Shown: positions 37,450 to 51,700, numbered from the stretch's first letter. The stretch is 64,000 bases of DNA from Tubulanus polymorphus (GCF_964204645.1 NW_027437444.1:1-64000), one strand, 5' to 3'. Program-made: numbers and translations. The notes: generated from the sequence alone by a model not told the origin.

Positions 37450-39460
37450 GTCACATTTTCCCCGTATCGGAAAAATGACAAAATCGATCCGTAAAAGCGT
37501 TCAAATCGTCAGGAAAAGCACATTTCGACCTAAAAACGTCGTTCTCCGAGAGAAAAGACGTTTTATCATCACATTTTCCCCGTATCGGAAAAATGACAAA
37601 GTCGATCCGTAAAAGAGCTCAAATCGTCAGGAAAAGCACATTTCTATCCGAAATCGTCGTTGTCCGCGAGAAAAGACGTTTTCTCGTCACATTTTCCCCG
37701 TATCGGAAAAATGACAAAGTCTATCCGTAGAAGCGCTCAAATCGTCAGGAAAAGCACATTTCGACCCGAAAACGTCGTTCTCCGCGAGAAAAGACGTTTT
37801 CTCATCACATTTCCCCGTATCGGAAAAATGACAAAGTCGATCCGTAAAATCGTTCAAATCGTCAGGGAAAGCACATTTCGATCCGAAATCGTTGTTGTCC
37901 GCGAGAAAAGACGTTTTCTCGTAACATTTTCCCCGTATCGGAAAAATGACAAAGTCGATCCGTAAAAGAGCTCAAATCGTCAGGAAAAGCACATTTCGAC
38001 CCGAAAACGTCGTTCTCCGCGAGAAAAGACGTTTTCTCATCACATTTTCCCGGATCGGAAAAATGACAAAGCCGATCCGTAAAAGAGCTCAAATCGCCAG
38101 GAAAAGCAAATTTCGACCCGAAAACGTCGTTCTCCGCGAGAAAAGATGTTTTCTCATCATATTTTCCCCGTATCGGAAAAATGACAAAGTCGATCCGTAA
38201 AAGAGCTCAAATCGTCAAGAAAAGCACATTTCGACCCGAAAACGTCGTTCTCCGCGAGAAAAGACATTTTCTCATCACATTTTCCCCGAATCGGAAAATG
38301 ACAAAGTCGATCCGTAAAAGAGCTCAAATCGTCACGAAAAGCACATTTCGACCCGAAAACGTCGTTCTCCGCGAGAAAAGACGTTTTCTCATCACATTTT
38401 CCCGGATCGGAAAAATGACAAAGTCGAACCGTAAAAGCGTTCAAATCGTCAGGAAAAGCACATTTCGACCCGAAAACGTCGTTCTGCGCGAGAAAGGACG
38501 TTTTCTCATCACATTTTCCCCGTATCGGAAAAATGACAAAGTCGATCCGTAAAAGCGTTCAAATCGTCAGGAAAAGCACATTTCGACCTAAAAACGTCGT
38601 TCTCCGAGAGAAAAGACGTTTTACCATCACATTTTCCCCGTATCGGAAAAATGACAAAGTCGATCCGTAAAAGAGCTCAAATCGTCAGGAAAAGCACATT
38701 TCTATCCGAAATCGTCGTTGTCCGCGAGAAAAGACGTTTTCTCGTCACATTTTCCCCGTATCGGAAAAATGACAAAGTCTATCCGTAGAAGCGCTCAAAT
38801 CGTCAGGAAAAGCACATTTCGACCCGAAAACGTCGTTCTCCGCGAGAAAAGACGTTTTCTCATTACATTTCCCCGTATCGGAAAAATGACAAAGTCGATC
38901 CGTAAAATCGTTCAAATCGTCAGGGAAAGCACATTTCGATCCGAAATCGTCGTTGTCCGCGAGAAAAGACGTTTTCTCGTAACATTTTCCCCGTATCGGA
39001 AAAATGACAAAGTCGATCCGTAAAACAGCTCAAATCGTCAGGAAAAGCACATTTCGACCCGAAAACGTCGTTCTCCGCGAGAAAAGACGTTTTCTCATCA
39101 CATTTTCCCGGATCGGAAAAATGACAAAGCCGATCCGTAAAAGAGCTCAAATCGCCAGGAAAAGCAAATTTCGACCCGAAAACGTCGTTCTCCGCGAGAA
39201 AAGATGTTTTCTCATCATATTTTCCCCGTATCGGAAAAATGACAAAGTCGATCCGTAAAAGAGCTCAAATCGTCAAGAAAAGCACATTTCGACCCGAAAA
39301 CGTCGTTCTCCGCGAGAAAAGACATTTTCTCATCACATTTTCCCCGAATCGGAAAATGACAAAGTCGATCCGTAAAAGAGCTCAAATCGTCACGAAAAGC
39401 ACATTTCGACCCGAAAACGTCGTTCTCCGCGAGAAAAGACGTTTTCTCATCACATTTTTC
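37450..39460. repeat. 9-mer HOR (1,058 bp), about two tandem copies
   Basis: ORF pairs 37660/38718, 37946/39004 and 38181/39239 are all offset by 1,058 = 9x118 - 4. Shared markers CGACCTAAAAAC, TTCTATCCG, AAAGCCGATCC and GTCACGAAAAG. Confidence 0.9.
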
Positions 39461-42400
39461 CGGTATCGGAAAAATGACAAACTCGATCCGTAAAAGAGCT
39501 CAAATCGTCAGGAAAAGCACATTTCGACCCGAAAACGTCGTTCTCCGCGAGAAAAGACGTTTTCTCATCATATTTTCCCCGTATCGGAAAAATGACAACG
39601 TCGATCCGTAAAAGAGCTCAAATCGTCAGGAAAAGCACATTTCGACCCGAAAACGTCGTTCTCCGCGAGAAAAGACGTTTTCTCATGACATTTCCCCGTA
39701 TCGGAAAAATGACAAAGTCGATCCGTAAAAGCGTTCAAATCGTCAGGAAAAGCACATTTCGACCCGAAAACGTCGTTCTCCGAGAGAAAAGGACGTTTTC
39801 TCATCACATTTTCCCCGTAACTGAAAAATGACAAAGTCGATCCGTAAAATAGCTCAAATCGTCAGGAAAAGGACATTTCGATCCGAAATCGTCGTTGTCC
39901 GCGAGAAAAGACGTTTTCTCGTAACATTTTCCCCGTATCGGAAAAATGACAAAGTCGATCCGTAAAAGAGCTCAAATCGTCAGGAAAAGCACATTTCGAC
40001 CCGAAAACGTCGTTCTCCGCGAGAAAAGACGTTTTCTCATCACATTTTCCCGGATCGGAAAAATGACAAAGTCGATCCGTAAAAGAGCTCAAATCGCCAG
40101 GAAAAGCAAATTTCGACCCGAAAACGTCGTTCTCCGCGAGAAAAGATGTTTTCTCATCACATTTTCCCCGTATCGGAAAAATGACAAAGTCGATCCGTAA
40201 AAGAGCTCAAATCGTCAGGAAAAGCACATTTCGACCCGACAACGTCGTTCTCCGCGAGAAATGACGTTTTCTCATCACATTTTCCCCGAATCGGAAAATG
40301 ACAAAGTCGATCCGTAAAAGCGTTCAAATCGTCAGGAAAAGCACATTTCGACCCGAAAACGTCGTTCTCCGCGAGAAAAGACGTTTTCTCATCATATTTT
40401 CCCCGTATCGGAAAAATGACAAAGTCGATCCGTAAAAGAGCTCAAATCGTCAGGAAAAGCACATTTCGACCCGAAAACGTCGTTCTCCGCGAGAAAAGAC
40501 GTTTTCTCATCACATTTTCCCCGTATCGGAAAAATGACAAAGTAAAAGAGCTCAAATCGTCAGGAAAAGCACATTTCGACCCGAAAGACTTTTTCTCATC
40601 ACATTTTCCCCGTATCGGAAAAATGACAAAGCTAAAGAGCTCAAATCGTCAGGAAAAGCACATTTCGACCCAAAAATGTCGTTCTGCGCGAGAAAGGACG
40701 TTTTCTCATTACATTTTCCCCGTATCGGAAAAATGGCATCCGTAAAAGAGCTCAAATCGTCAGGAAAAGCACATTTCGACCCGAAAACGTCGTTCTCCGC
40801 GAGAAATGACGTTTTTTCATCACATTTTCCCCGTAACTGAAAAATGACAAAGTCGATCCGTAAAAGCGTTCAAATCGTCAGGAAAAGCATATTTCGACCC
40901 GAAAACGTCGTTCTCCGCGAGAAAAGACGTTTTCTCATCACATTTTCCCCGTATCGGAAAAATGACAAAGTCGATCCGTAAAAGAGCTCAAATCGTCAGG
41001 AAAAGCACATTTCGACCCGAAAACGTCGTTCTCCGCGAGAAATGACGTTTTCTCATCACATTTTCCCCGTAACTGAAAAATGACAAAGTCGATTCGTAAA
41101 GCGTTCAAATCGTCAGGAAAAGCACATATCGACCCGAAGACGTCGTTCTCCGCGAGAAAAGACGTTTTCTCATCACATTTTCCCCGTATCGGAAAAATGG
41201 CATAGTCGATCCGTAAAAGAGCTCAAATCGTCAGGAAAAGCACATTTCGACCCGAAAACGTCGTTCTCCGCGAGAAATGACGTTTTGTCATCACATTTTC
41301 CCCGTATCGGAAAAATGACAAAGTCGATCCGTAAAAGCGTTCAAATCGTCAGGAAAAGCACATTTCGACCCGAAAACGTCGTTCTCCGCGAGAAAAGACG
41401 TTTTCTCATCACATTTTCCCCGTATCGGAAAAATGACAAAGTAAAAGAGCTCAAATCGTCAGGAAAAGCACATTTCGACCCGAAAGACGTTTTCTCATCA
41501 CATTTTCCCCGTATCGGAAAAATTACAAAGTCGATCCGTAAAAGAGCTCAAATCGCCAGGAAAAGCAAATTTCAACCCGAAAACGTCGTTCTCCGCGAGA
41601 AAAGACGTTTTCTCATCACATTTTCCCGGATCGGAAAAATGACAAAGTCGATCCGTAAAAGAGCTCAAATCGCCAGGAAAAGCAAATTTCGACCCGAAAA
41701 CGTCGTTCTCCGCGAGAAAAGACGTTTTGTCATCACATTTTCCCCGTATCGGAAAAATGACAAAGTCGATCCGTAAAAGAGCTCAAATCGTCAGGAAAAG
41801 CACATTTCGACCCGAAAACGTCGTTTTCCGCGAGAAAAGACGTTTTCTCATCACATTTTTCCCGTAACTGAAAAATGACAAAGTCGATCCGTAAAAGAGC
41901 TCAAATCGTCAGGAAAAGCACATTTTGCCCCGAAAACGTCGTTCTCCGCGAGAAAAGTCATTCTCATCACAATTTCCCCGTATCGGAAAAATGACAAAGT
42001 CGATCCGTAAAAGAGCTCAAATCGTCAGGAAAAGCACATTTCGACCCGAAAACGTCGTTCTCCGCGAGAAAAGACGTTTTCTCATCACATTTTCCCCGTA
42101 TCGGAAAAATGACAAAGTAAAAGAGCTCAAATCGTCAGGAAAAGCACATTTCGACCCGAAAGACGTTTTCTCATCACATTTTCCCCGTATCGGAAAAATG
42201 ACAAAGCTAAAGAGCTCAAATCGTCAGGAAAAGCACATTTCGACCCAAAAATGTCGTTCTGCGCGAGAAAGGACGTTTTCTCATTACATTTTCCCCGTAT
42301 CGGAAAAATGGCATCCGTAAAAGAGCTCAAATCGTCAGGAAAAGCACATTTCGACCCGAAAACGTCGTTCTCCGCGAGAAATGACGTTTTCTCATCACAT

Positions 42401-43356
42401 TTTCCCCGTAACTGAAAAATGACAAAGTCGATTCGTAAAAGCGTTCAAATCGTCAGGAAAAGCACATTTCGACCCGAAAACGTCGTTCTCCGCGAGAAAA
42501 GACGTTTTCTCATCACATTTTCCCGGATCGGGAAAATGACAAAGTCGATCCGTAAAAGAGCTCAAATCGCCAGGAAAAGCAAATTTCGACCCGAAAACGT
42601 CGTTCTCCGCGAGAAAAGATGTTTTCTCATCATATTTTCCCCATATCGGAAAAATGACAAAGTCGATCCGTAAAAGAGCTCAAATCGTCAAGAAAAGCAC
42701 ATTTCGACCCGAAAACGTCGTTCTCCGCGAGAAAAGATATTTTCTCATCACATTTTCCCCGTATCGAAAAAATGACAAACTCGGTCCGTAAAAGAGCTCA
42801 AATCGTCAGGAAAAGCACATTTCGACCCGAGAACGACGTTCTTGCGCGAGAAAAGACTTTTTCTCATCACATTTTCCCCGTATCGGAAAAATGACAAAGT
42901 CGATCCGTAAAAGAGCTCAAATCGTCAGGAAAAGCACATTTCGACCCGAAAACGTCGTTCTCCGCGAGAAATGACGTTTTCTCATCACATTTTCCCCGAA
43001 TCGGAAAATGACAAAGTCGATCCGTAAAAGAGCTCAAATCGTCAGGAAAAGCACATTTCGACCCGAAAACGTCGTTCTCCGCGAGAAAAGACGTTTTCTC
43101 ATCACATTTCCCCGTATCTAAAAAATGACAAAGTCGATCCGTAAAAGAGCTCAAATCGCCAGGAAAAGCACATTTCGACCCGAAAACGTCGTTCTCCGCG
43201 AGAAAAGACGTTTTCTCATCACATTTTGCCCGTATCGGAAAAATGACAAAGTCGATCCGTAAAAGCGTTCAAATCGTCAGGAAAAGCACATTTCGACCCG
43301 AAAACGTCGTTCTCCGCGAGAAAAGACGTTTTCTCATCATATTTTCCCCGTATCGG

Positions 43357-43534
43357 AAAAATGACAAAGTAAAAGAGCTCAAATCGTCAGGAAAAGCACA
43401 TTTCGACCCGAAAGACTTTTTCTCATCACATTTTCCCCGTATCGGAAAAATGACAAAGTAAAAGAGCTCAAATCGTCAGGAAAAGCACATTTCGACCCGA
43501 AAGACTTTTTCTCATCACATTTTCCCCGTATCGG
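43357..43534. repeat. Two tandem truncated 89-bp monomers
   Basis: ATGACAAAG at 43,361, 43,450 and 43,539 (89-bp spacing). Each unit lacks CGATCCGT (8 nt) and a 21-nt segment between the two GAAAA tracts. Confidence 0.9.
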
Positions 43535-44380
43535 AAAAATGACAAAGCTAAAGAAATCAAATCGTCAGGAAAAGCACATTTCGACCCAAAAATGTCGTTC
43601 TGCGCGAGAAAGGACGTTTTCTCATTACATTTTCCCCGTATCGGAAAAATGACAAAGTCGATCCGTAAAAGCGTTCAAATCGTCAGGAAAAGCACATTTC
43701 GACCCGAAAACGTCGTTCTCCGCGAGAAAAGACGTTTTCTCATCACATTTTCCCCGTATCGGAAAAATGACAAAGTCGATCCGTAAAGGAGCTCAAATCG
43801 TCAGGAAAAGCACATTTCGACCCGAAAACGTCGTTTTCCGCGAGAAAAGACGTTTTCTCATCACATTTTCCCCGTAACTGAAAAATGACAAAGTCGATCC
43901 GTAAAAGAGCTCAAATCGTCAGGAAAAGCACATTTCGACCCGAAAACGTCGTTTTCCGCGAGAAAAGACGTTTTCTCATCACATTTTCCCCGTAACTGAA
44001 AAATGACAAAGTCGATCCGTAAAAGCGCTCAAATCGTCAGGAAAAGCACATTTCGACCCGAAAACGTCGTTCTCCGCGAGAAAAGACGTTTTCTCATCAC
44101 ATTTCCCCGTATCGGAAAAATGACAAAGTCGATCCGTAAAAGCGTTCAAATCGTCAGGAAAAGCACATTTCGACCTGAAAACGTCGTTCTCCGAGAGAAA
44201 AGACGTTTTCTCATCACATTTTCCCCTTAACTGAAAAATGACAAAGTCGATCCGTAAAAGAGCTCAAATCGTCAGGAAAAGCACATTTCGACCCGAAAAC
44301 GTCGTTCTCCGCGAGAAAAGACGTTTTCTCAACACATTTCCCCGTATCTGAAAAATGACAAAGTCGATCCGTAAAAGAGC

Positions 44381-44437
44381 TCAAATCGCCAGGAAAAGCA
44401 CATTTCGACCCGAAACGTGCTTTTCCTGGCGATTTGA
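44381..44437. other. Fold-back inverted repeat: 21-bp perfect arms around the monomer's TTTCG-ACC-CGAAA dyad
   Basis: 44,381-44,401 (TCAAATCGCCAGGAAAAGCAC) is the exact reverse complement of 44,417-44,437 (GTGCTTTTCCTGGCGATTTGA). Confidence 0.93.
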
Positions 44438-45309
44438 AAAGCACATTTCGACCCGAAAACGTCGTTCTCCGAGAGAAAAGACGTTTTCTCATCACATTTC
44501 CCCGTATCGGAAAAATGACAAAGTCGATCCGTAAAAGCGTTCTAATCGTCAGGAAAAGCACATTTCGACCTGAAAACGTCGTTCTCCGCGAGAAAAGACG
44601 TTTTCTCAACACATTTCCCGGTATCTGAAAAATGACAAAGTCGATCCGTAAAAGAGCTCAAATCGTCAGGAAAAGCACATTTCGACCCGAAAACGTCGTT
44701 CTCCGCGAGAAAAGACGTTTTCTCATCACATTTTCCCCTTAACTGAAAAATGACAAAGTCGATCCGTAAAAGAGCTCAAATCGTCAGGAAAAGCACATTT
44801 CGACCCGAAAGACGTTTTCTCATCACATTTTCCCCGTATCGGAAAAATTACAAAGTCGATCCGTAAAAGAGCTCAAATCGCCAGGAAAAGCAAATTTCAA
44901 CCCGAAAACGTCGTTCTCCGCGAGAAAAGACGTTTTCTCATCACATTTTCCCGGATCGGAAAAATGACAAAGTCGATCCGTAAAAGAGCTCAAATCGCCA
45001 GGAAAAGCAAATTTCGACCCGAAAACGTCGTTCTCCGCGAGAAAAGACGTTTTGTCATCACATTTTCCCCGTATCGGAAAAATGACAAAGTCGATCCGTA
45101 AAAGAGCTCAAATCGTCAGGAAAAGCACATTTCGACCCGAAAACGTCGTTTTCCGCGAGAAAAGACGTTTTCTCATCACATTTTCCCCGTAACTGAAAAA
45201 TGACAAAGTCGATCCGTAAAAGAGCTCAAATCGTCAGGAAAAGCACATTTTGCCCCGAAAACGTCGTTCTCCGCGAGAAAAGTCATTCTCATCACAATTT
45301 CCCCGTATC

Positions 45310-48300
45310 GGAAAAATGACAAAGTCGATCCGTAAAAGCGTTCAAATCGTCAGGAAAAGCACATTTCGACCCGAAAACGTCGTTCTCCGCGAGAAAAGTC
45401 GTTTTCTCATCACATTTTCCCGGATCGGAAAAATGACAAAGTCGATCCGTAAAATCGTTCAAATCGTCAGGGAAAGCACATTTCGACCCGAAAACGTCGT
45501 TCAGCGCGAGAAAAGACGTTTTCTCATCACATTTTCCCCGTATCGGAAAAATGACAAAGTCGATCCGTAAAAGCGTTCAAATCGTCAGGAAAAGCACATT
45601 TCGACCCGAAAACGTCGTTCTCAGAGAGAAAAGACGTTTTCTCATCACATTTTCCCCGTAACTGAAAAATGACAAAGTCGATCCGTAAAAGAGCTCAAAT
45701 CGTCAGGAAAAGCACATTTCGACCCGAAAACGTCGTTCTCCGCGAGAAAAGACGTTTTCTCATCACATTTTCCCCGTAACTGAAAAATGACAAAGTCGAT
45801 CCGTAAAATAGCTAAAATCGTCAGGAAAAGCACATTTCGATCCGGAATCGTCGTTGTCCGCGAGAAAAGACGTTTTCTCGTAACATTTTCCCCGTATCGG
45901 AAAAATGACAAAGTCTATCCGTAGAAGCGCTCAGATCGTCAGGAAAAAGCACATTTCGACCCGAAAACGTCGTTCTCCGCGAGAAAAGACGTTTTCTCAT
46001 CACATTTTCCCCGTAACTGAAAAATGACAAAGTCGATCCGTAAAAGAGCTCAAATCGTCAGGAAAAGCACATTTCGACCCGAAAACGTCGTTCTCCGCGA
46101 GAAAACACGTTTTCTCATCACATTTTCCCCGTATCGGAAAAATGACAAAGTCGATCCGTAAAAGCGTTCAAATCGTCAAAAAAGCACATTTCGACCCGAA
46201 AACGTCGTTCTCCGTGAGAAAAGACGTTTTCTCATCACATATTACCCCGTAACTGAAAAATGACAAAGTCGATCCGTAAAAGAGCTCAAATCGTCAGGAA
46301 AAGCACATTTCGACCCGAAAACGTTGTTCTCCGCGAGAAAACACGTTTTCTCATCACATTTTCCCCGTATCGGAAAAATGACAAAGTCGATCCGTAAAAG
46401 AGCTCAAATCGTCAGGAAAAGCACATTTCGACCCGAAAACGTTGTTCTCCGCGAGAAAACACGTTTTCTCTTCACATTTTCCCCGTTTCGGAAAAATGAC
46501 AAAGTCGATCCGTAAAGGAGCTCATATCGTCAGGAAAAGCACATTTCGATCCGAAATCGTCGTTGTCCGCGAGAAAAGACGTTATCTCGTAACATTTTCC
46601 CCGTATCGGAAAAATGACAAAGTCTATCCGTAGAAGCGCTCAAATCGTCAGGAAAAGCACATTTCGACCCGAAGACGTCGTTCTCCGCGAGAAAAGACGT
46701 TTTCTCTTCACATTTTCCCCGTATCGGAAAAATGACAAAGTCGATCCGTAAAAGCGTTCAATTCGTCAGTAAAAGCACATTTCGACCCGAAAACGTCGTT
46801 CTCCGCGAGAAAAGACGTTTTCTCATCATATTTTCCCCCTAACTGAAAAATGACAAAGTCGATCCGTAAAATAGCTCAAATCGTCAGGAAAAGCACATTT
46901 CGATCCGAAATCGTCGTTGTCCGCGAGAAAAGACGTTTTCTCGTAACATTTTCCCCGTATCGGAAAAATGACAAAGTCTATCCGTAGAGGCGCACAAATC
47001 GTCAGGAAAAGCACATTTCGACCCGAAAACGTCGTTCTCCGCGAGAAAAGACGTTTCCTCATCACATTTTCCCCGTATCGGAAAAATGACAAAGTCGATC
47101 CGTAAAATCGTTCAAATCGTCAGGGAAAGCCCATTTCGACCCGAAAACGTCATTTGCGCGAGAAAAGACTTTTTCTCATCACATTTTCCCCGTATCGGAA
47201 AAATGACAAAGTCGATCCGTAAAAGAGCTCAAATCGTCAGGAAAAGCACATTTCGACCCGAAAACGTCGTTCTCCGCGAGAAAACACGTTTTCTCAACAC
47301 ATTTTCCCCGTATCGGAAAAATGACGAAGTCGATCCGTAGTGGCGCACAAATCGTCAGGAAAAGCACATTTCGACCCGAAAACGTCGTTCTCAGCGAGAA
47401 ATGACGTTTTCTATTCACATTTCCTCGTATCGGAAAAATGACAAAGTCGATCCGTAAAAGCGTTCAAATCGTGAGGAAAAGCACATTTCGACCCGAAAAC
47501 GTCGTTCTCCGCCAGAAAAGTCGTTTTCTCATCACATTTTCCCGGATCGGAAAAATGACAAAGTCGATCCGTAAAATCGTTCAAATCGTCAGGGAAAGCA
47601 CATTTCGACCCGAAAACGTTGTTCAGCGCGAGAAAAGACGTTTTCTCATCACATTTTCCCCGTATCGGAAAAATGACAAAGTCGATCCGTAAAAGCGTTC
47701 AAATCGTCAGGAAAAGCACATTTCGACCCGAAAACGTCGTTCTCAGAGAGAAAAGACGTTTTCTCATCACATTTTCCCCGTAACTGAAAAATGACAAAGT
47801 CGATCCGTAAAAGAGCTCAAATCGTCAGGAAAAGCACATTTCGACCCGAAAACGTCGTTCTCCGCGAGAAAAGACGTTTTCTCATCACATTTTCCCCGTA
47901 ACTGAAAAATGACAAAGTCGATCCGTAAAATAGCTAAAATCGTCAGGAAAAGCACATTTCGATCCGGAATCGTCGTTGTCCGCGAGAAAAGACGTTTTCT
48001 CGTAACATTTTCCCCGTATCGGAAAAATGACAAAGTCTATCCGTAGAAGCGCTCAGATCGTCAGGAAAAGCACATTTCGACCCGAAAACGTCGTTCTCCG
48101 CGAGAAAAGACGTTTTCTCATCACATTTTCCCCGTAACTGAAAAATGACAAAGTCGATCCGTAAAAGAGCTCAAATCGTCAGGAAAAGCACATTTCGACC
48201 CGAAAACGTCGTTCTCCGCGAGAAAACACGTTTTCTCATCACATTTTCCCCGTATCGGAAAAATGACAAAGTCGATCCGTAAAAGCGTTCAAATCGTCAA

Positions 48301-49620
48301 AAAAGCACATTTCGACCCGAAAACGTCGTTCTCCGTGAGAAAAGACGTTTTCTCATCACATATTACCCCGTAACTGAAAAATGACAAAGTCGATCCGTAA
48401 AAGAGCTCAAATCGTCAGGAAAAGCACATTTCGACCCGAAAACGTTGTTCTCCGCGAGAAAACACGTTTTCTCATCACATTTTCCCCGTATCGGAAAAAT
48501 GACAAAGTCGATCCGTAAAAGAGCTCAAATCGTCAGGAAAAGCACATTTCGACCCGAAAACGTTGTTCTCCGCGAGAAAACACGTTTTCTCTTCACATTT
48601 TCCCCGTTTCGGAAAAATGACAAAGTCGATCCGTAAAGGAGCTCATATCGTCAGGAAAAGCACATTTCGATCCGAAATCGTCGTTGTCCGCGAGAAAAGA
48701 CGTTATCTCGTAACATTTTCCCCGTATCGGAAAAATGACAAAGTCTATCCGTAGAAGCGCTCAAATCGTCAGGAAAAGCACATTTCGACCCGAAGACGTC
48801 GTTCTCCGCGAGAAAAGACGTTTTCTCATCACATTTTCCCCGTATCGGAAAAATGACAAAGTCGATCCGTAAAAGCGTTCAATTCGTCAGTAAAAGCACA
48901 TTTCGACCCGAAAACGTCGTTCTCCGCGAGAAAAGACGTTTTCTCATCATATTTTCCCCCTAACTGAAAAATGACAAAGTCGATCCGTAAAATAGCTCAA
49001 ATCGTCAGGAAAAGCACATTTCGATCCGAAATCGTCGTTGTCCGCGAGAAAAGACGTTTTCTCGTAACATTTTCCCCGTATCGGAAAAATGACAAAGTCT
49101 ATCCGTAGAGGCGCACAAATCGTCAGGAAAAGCACATTTCGACCCGAAAACGTCGTTCTCCGCGAGAAAAGACGTTTCCTCATCACATTTTCCCCGTATC
49201 GGAAAAATGACAAAGTCGATCCGTAAAATCGTTCAAATCGTCAGGGAAAGCCCATTTCGACCCGAAAACGTCATTTGCGCGAGAAAAGACTTTTTCTCAT
49301 CACATTTTCCCCGTATCGGAAAAATGACAAAGTCGATCCGTAAAAGAGCTCAAATCGTCAGGAAAAGCACATTTCGACCCGAAAACGTCGTTCTCCGCGA
49401 GAAAACACGTTTTCTCAACACATTTTCCCCATATCGGAAAAATGACGAAGTCGATCCGTAGTGGCGCACAAATCGTCAGGAAAAGCACATTTCGACCCGA
49501 AAACGTCGTTCTCAGCGAGAAATGACGTTTTCTATTCACATTTTCCCCATATCGGAAAAATGACAAAGTCGATCCGTAAAAGCGTTCAAATCGTGAGGAA
49601 AAGCACATTTCGACCCGAAA
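45310..49620. repeat. 18-mer HOR (2,121-2,122 bp), two tandem copies
   Basis: ORF pairs 45645/47767, 46324/48445 and 47086/49207. Shared markers GATCCGGAATC, GCTCAGATC, GGAGCTCATATC, GTCATTTGCGCG and GTAGTGGCGCAC. Confidence 0.92.
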
Positions 49621-51009
49621 ACGTCGTTCTCCGCCAGAAAAGACGTTTTCTCATCACATATTACCCCGTAACTGAAAAATGACAAAGTCGATCCGTAAAA
49701 GCGTTAAAATCGTCAGGAAAAGCACATTTCGACCCGAAAACGTCGTTCTCCGAGAGAAAAGACGTTTTCTCATCACATTTTCCCCGTATCGGAAAAATGA
49801 CAAAGTCGATCCGTAAAAGCGTTCAATTCGTCAGTAAAAGCACATTTCGACCCGAAAACGTCGTTCTCCGCGAGAAAACACGTTTTCTCATCACATTTTC
49901 CCCGTATCGGAAAAATGACAAAGTCGATCCGTAAAAGCGTTCAAATCGTCAAAAAAGCACATTTCGACCCGAAAACGTCGTTCTCCGCGAGAAAAGACGT
50001 TTTCTCATCACATATTACCCCGTAACTAAAAAATGACAAAGTCGATCCGTAAAAGAGCTCAAATCGTCAGGAAAAGCACATTTCGATCCGAAATCGTCGT
50101 TGTCCGCGAGAAAAGACGTTTTCTCGTAACATTTTCCCCGTATCGGAAAAATGACAAAGTCTATCCGTAGAGGCGCACAAATCGTCAGGAAAAGCACATT
50201 TCGACCCGAAAACGTCGTTCTCCGCGAGAAAAGACGTTTTCTCATCACATATTACCCCGTAACTGAAAAATGACAAAGTCGATCCGTAAAAGAGCTCAAA
50301 TCGTCAGGAAAAGCACATTTCGACCCGAAAACGTCGATCTCCGCGAGAAAAGACGTTTTCTCATCACATTTTCCCGTTTAGGAAAAATGACAAAGTCGAT
50401 CCGTAAAAGCGTTCAAATCGTCAGGAAAAGCACATTTCGACCCGAAAACGTCGTTCTCCGCGAGAAAGGACGTTTTCTCATCACATATTACCCCGTAACT
50501 GAAAAATGACAAAGTCGATCCGTAAAAGAGCTCAAACCGTCAGGAAAAGCACATTTCGACCCGAAAACGTCGTTCCCCGCGAGAAAAGACGTTTTCTCAT
50601 CACATTTTCCCCGTATCGGAAAAATGACAAAGTCGATCCGTAAATGCGTTAAAATCGTCAGGAAAAGCACATTTCGACCCGAAAACGTCGTTCTCCGAGA
50701 GAAAAGACGTTTTCTCATCACATTTTCCCCGTAACTAAAAAATGACAAAGTCGATCCGTAAAATAGCTCAAATCGTCAGGAAAAGCACATTTCGATCCGA
50801 AATCGTCGTTGTCCGCGAGAAAAGACGATTTCTCGTAACATTTTCCCCGTATCGGAAAAATGACAAAGTCGATCCGTAAAAGAGCTCAAATCGTCAGGAA
50901 AAGCACATTTCGACCCGAAAACGTCGTTCTCCGCGAGAAAACACGTTTTCTCATCACATTTTCCCCGTATCGGAAAAATGACAAAGTCGATCCGTAAAAG
51001 CGTTCAAAT

Positions 51010-51700
51010 CGTCAGGAAAAGCACACTTCGACCCGAAAACGTCGTTCTCCGCGAGAAAAGACGTTTCCTCATCACATTTTCCCCGTATCGGAAAAATGAC
51101 AAAGTCGATCCGTAAAAGAGCTCAAATCGTCAGGAAAAGCACATTTTGACCCGAAAACGTCGTTCTCCGCGAGAAAAGACGTTTTCTCATCACATTTTCC
51201 CCGTATCGGAAAAATGACAAAGTCGATCCGTAAAAGCGTTCAATTCGTCAGTAAAAGCACATTTCGACCCGAAAACGTCGTTCTCCGCGAGAAAAGACGT
51301 TTTCTCATCACATTTTCCCCGTAACTGAAAAATGACAAAGTCGATCCGTAGAGGCGCACAAATCGTCAGGAAAAGCACACTTCGACCCGAAAACGTCGTT
51401 CTCCGCGAGAAAAGACGTTTCCTCATCACATTTTCCCCGTATCGGAAAAATGACAAAGTCGATCCGTAAAAGAGCTCAAATCGTCAGGAAAAGCACATTT
51501 TGACCCGAAAACGTCGTTCTCCGCGAGAAAAGACGTTTTCTCATCACATTTTCCCCGTATCGGAAAAATGACAAAGTCGATCCGTAAAAGCGTTCAATTC
51601 GTCAGTAAAAGCACATTTCGACCCGAAAACGTCGTTCTCCGCGAGAAAAGACGTTTTCTCATCACATTTTCCCCGTAACTGAAAAATGACAAAGTCGATC
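51010..51700. repeat. 3-mer tandem duplication (354 bp)
   Basis: GCACACTTCG at 51,021 and 51,375, followed in both copies by CATTTTGACCC and TTCAATTCGTCAGT monomers. Confidence 0.8.

Noticed and set aside
44381-44437. MITE or intrinsic terminator at the hairpin
   Set aside because: Both arms are satellite sequence, with no independent internal sequence, no upstream gene and no poly-T tail. A template switch explains it fully.
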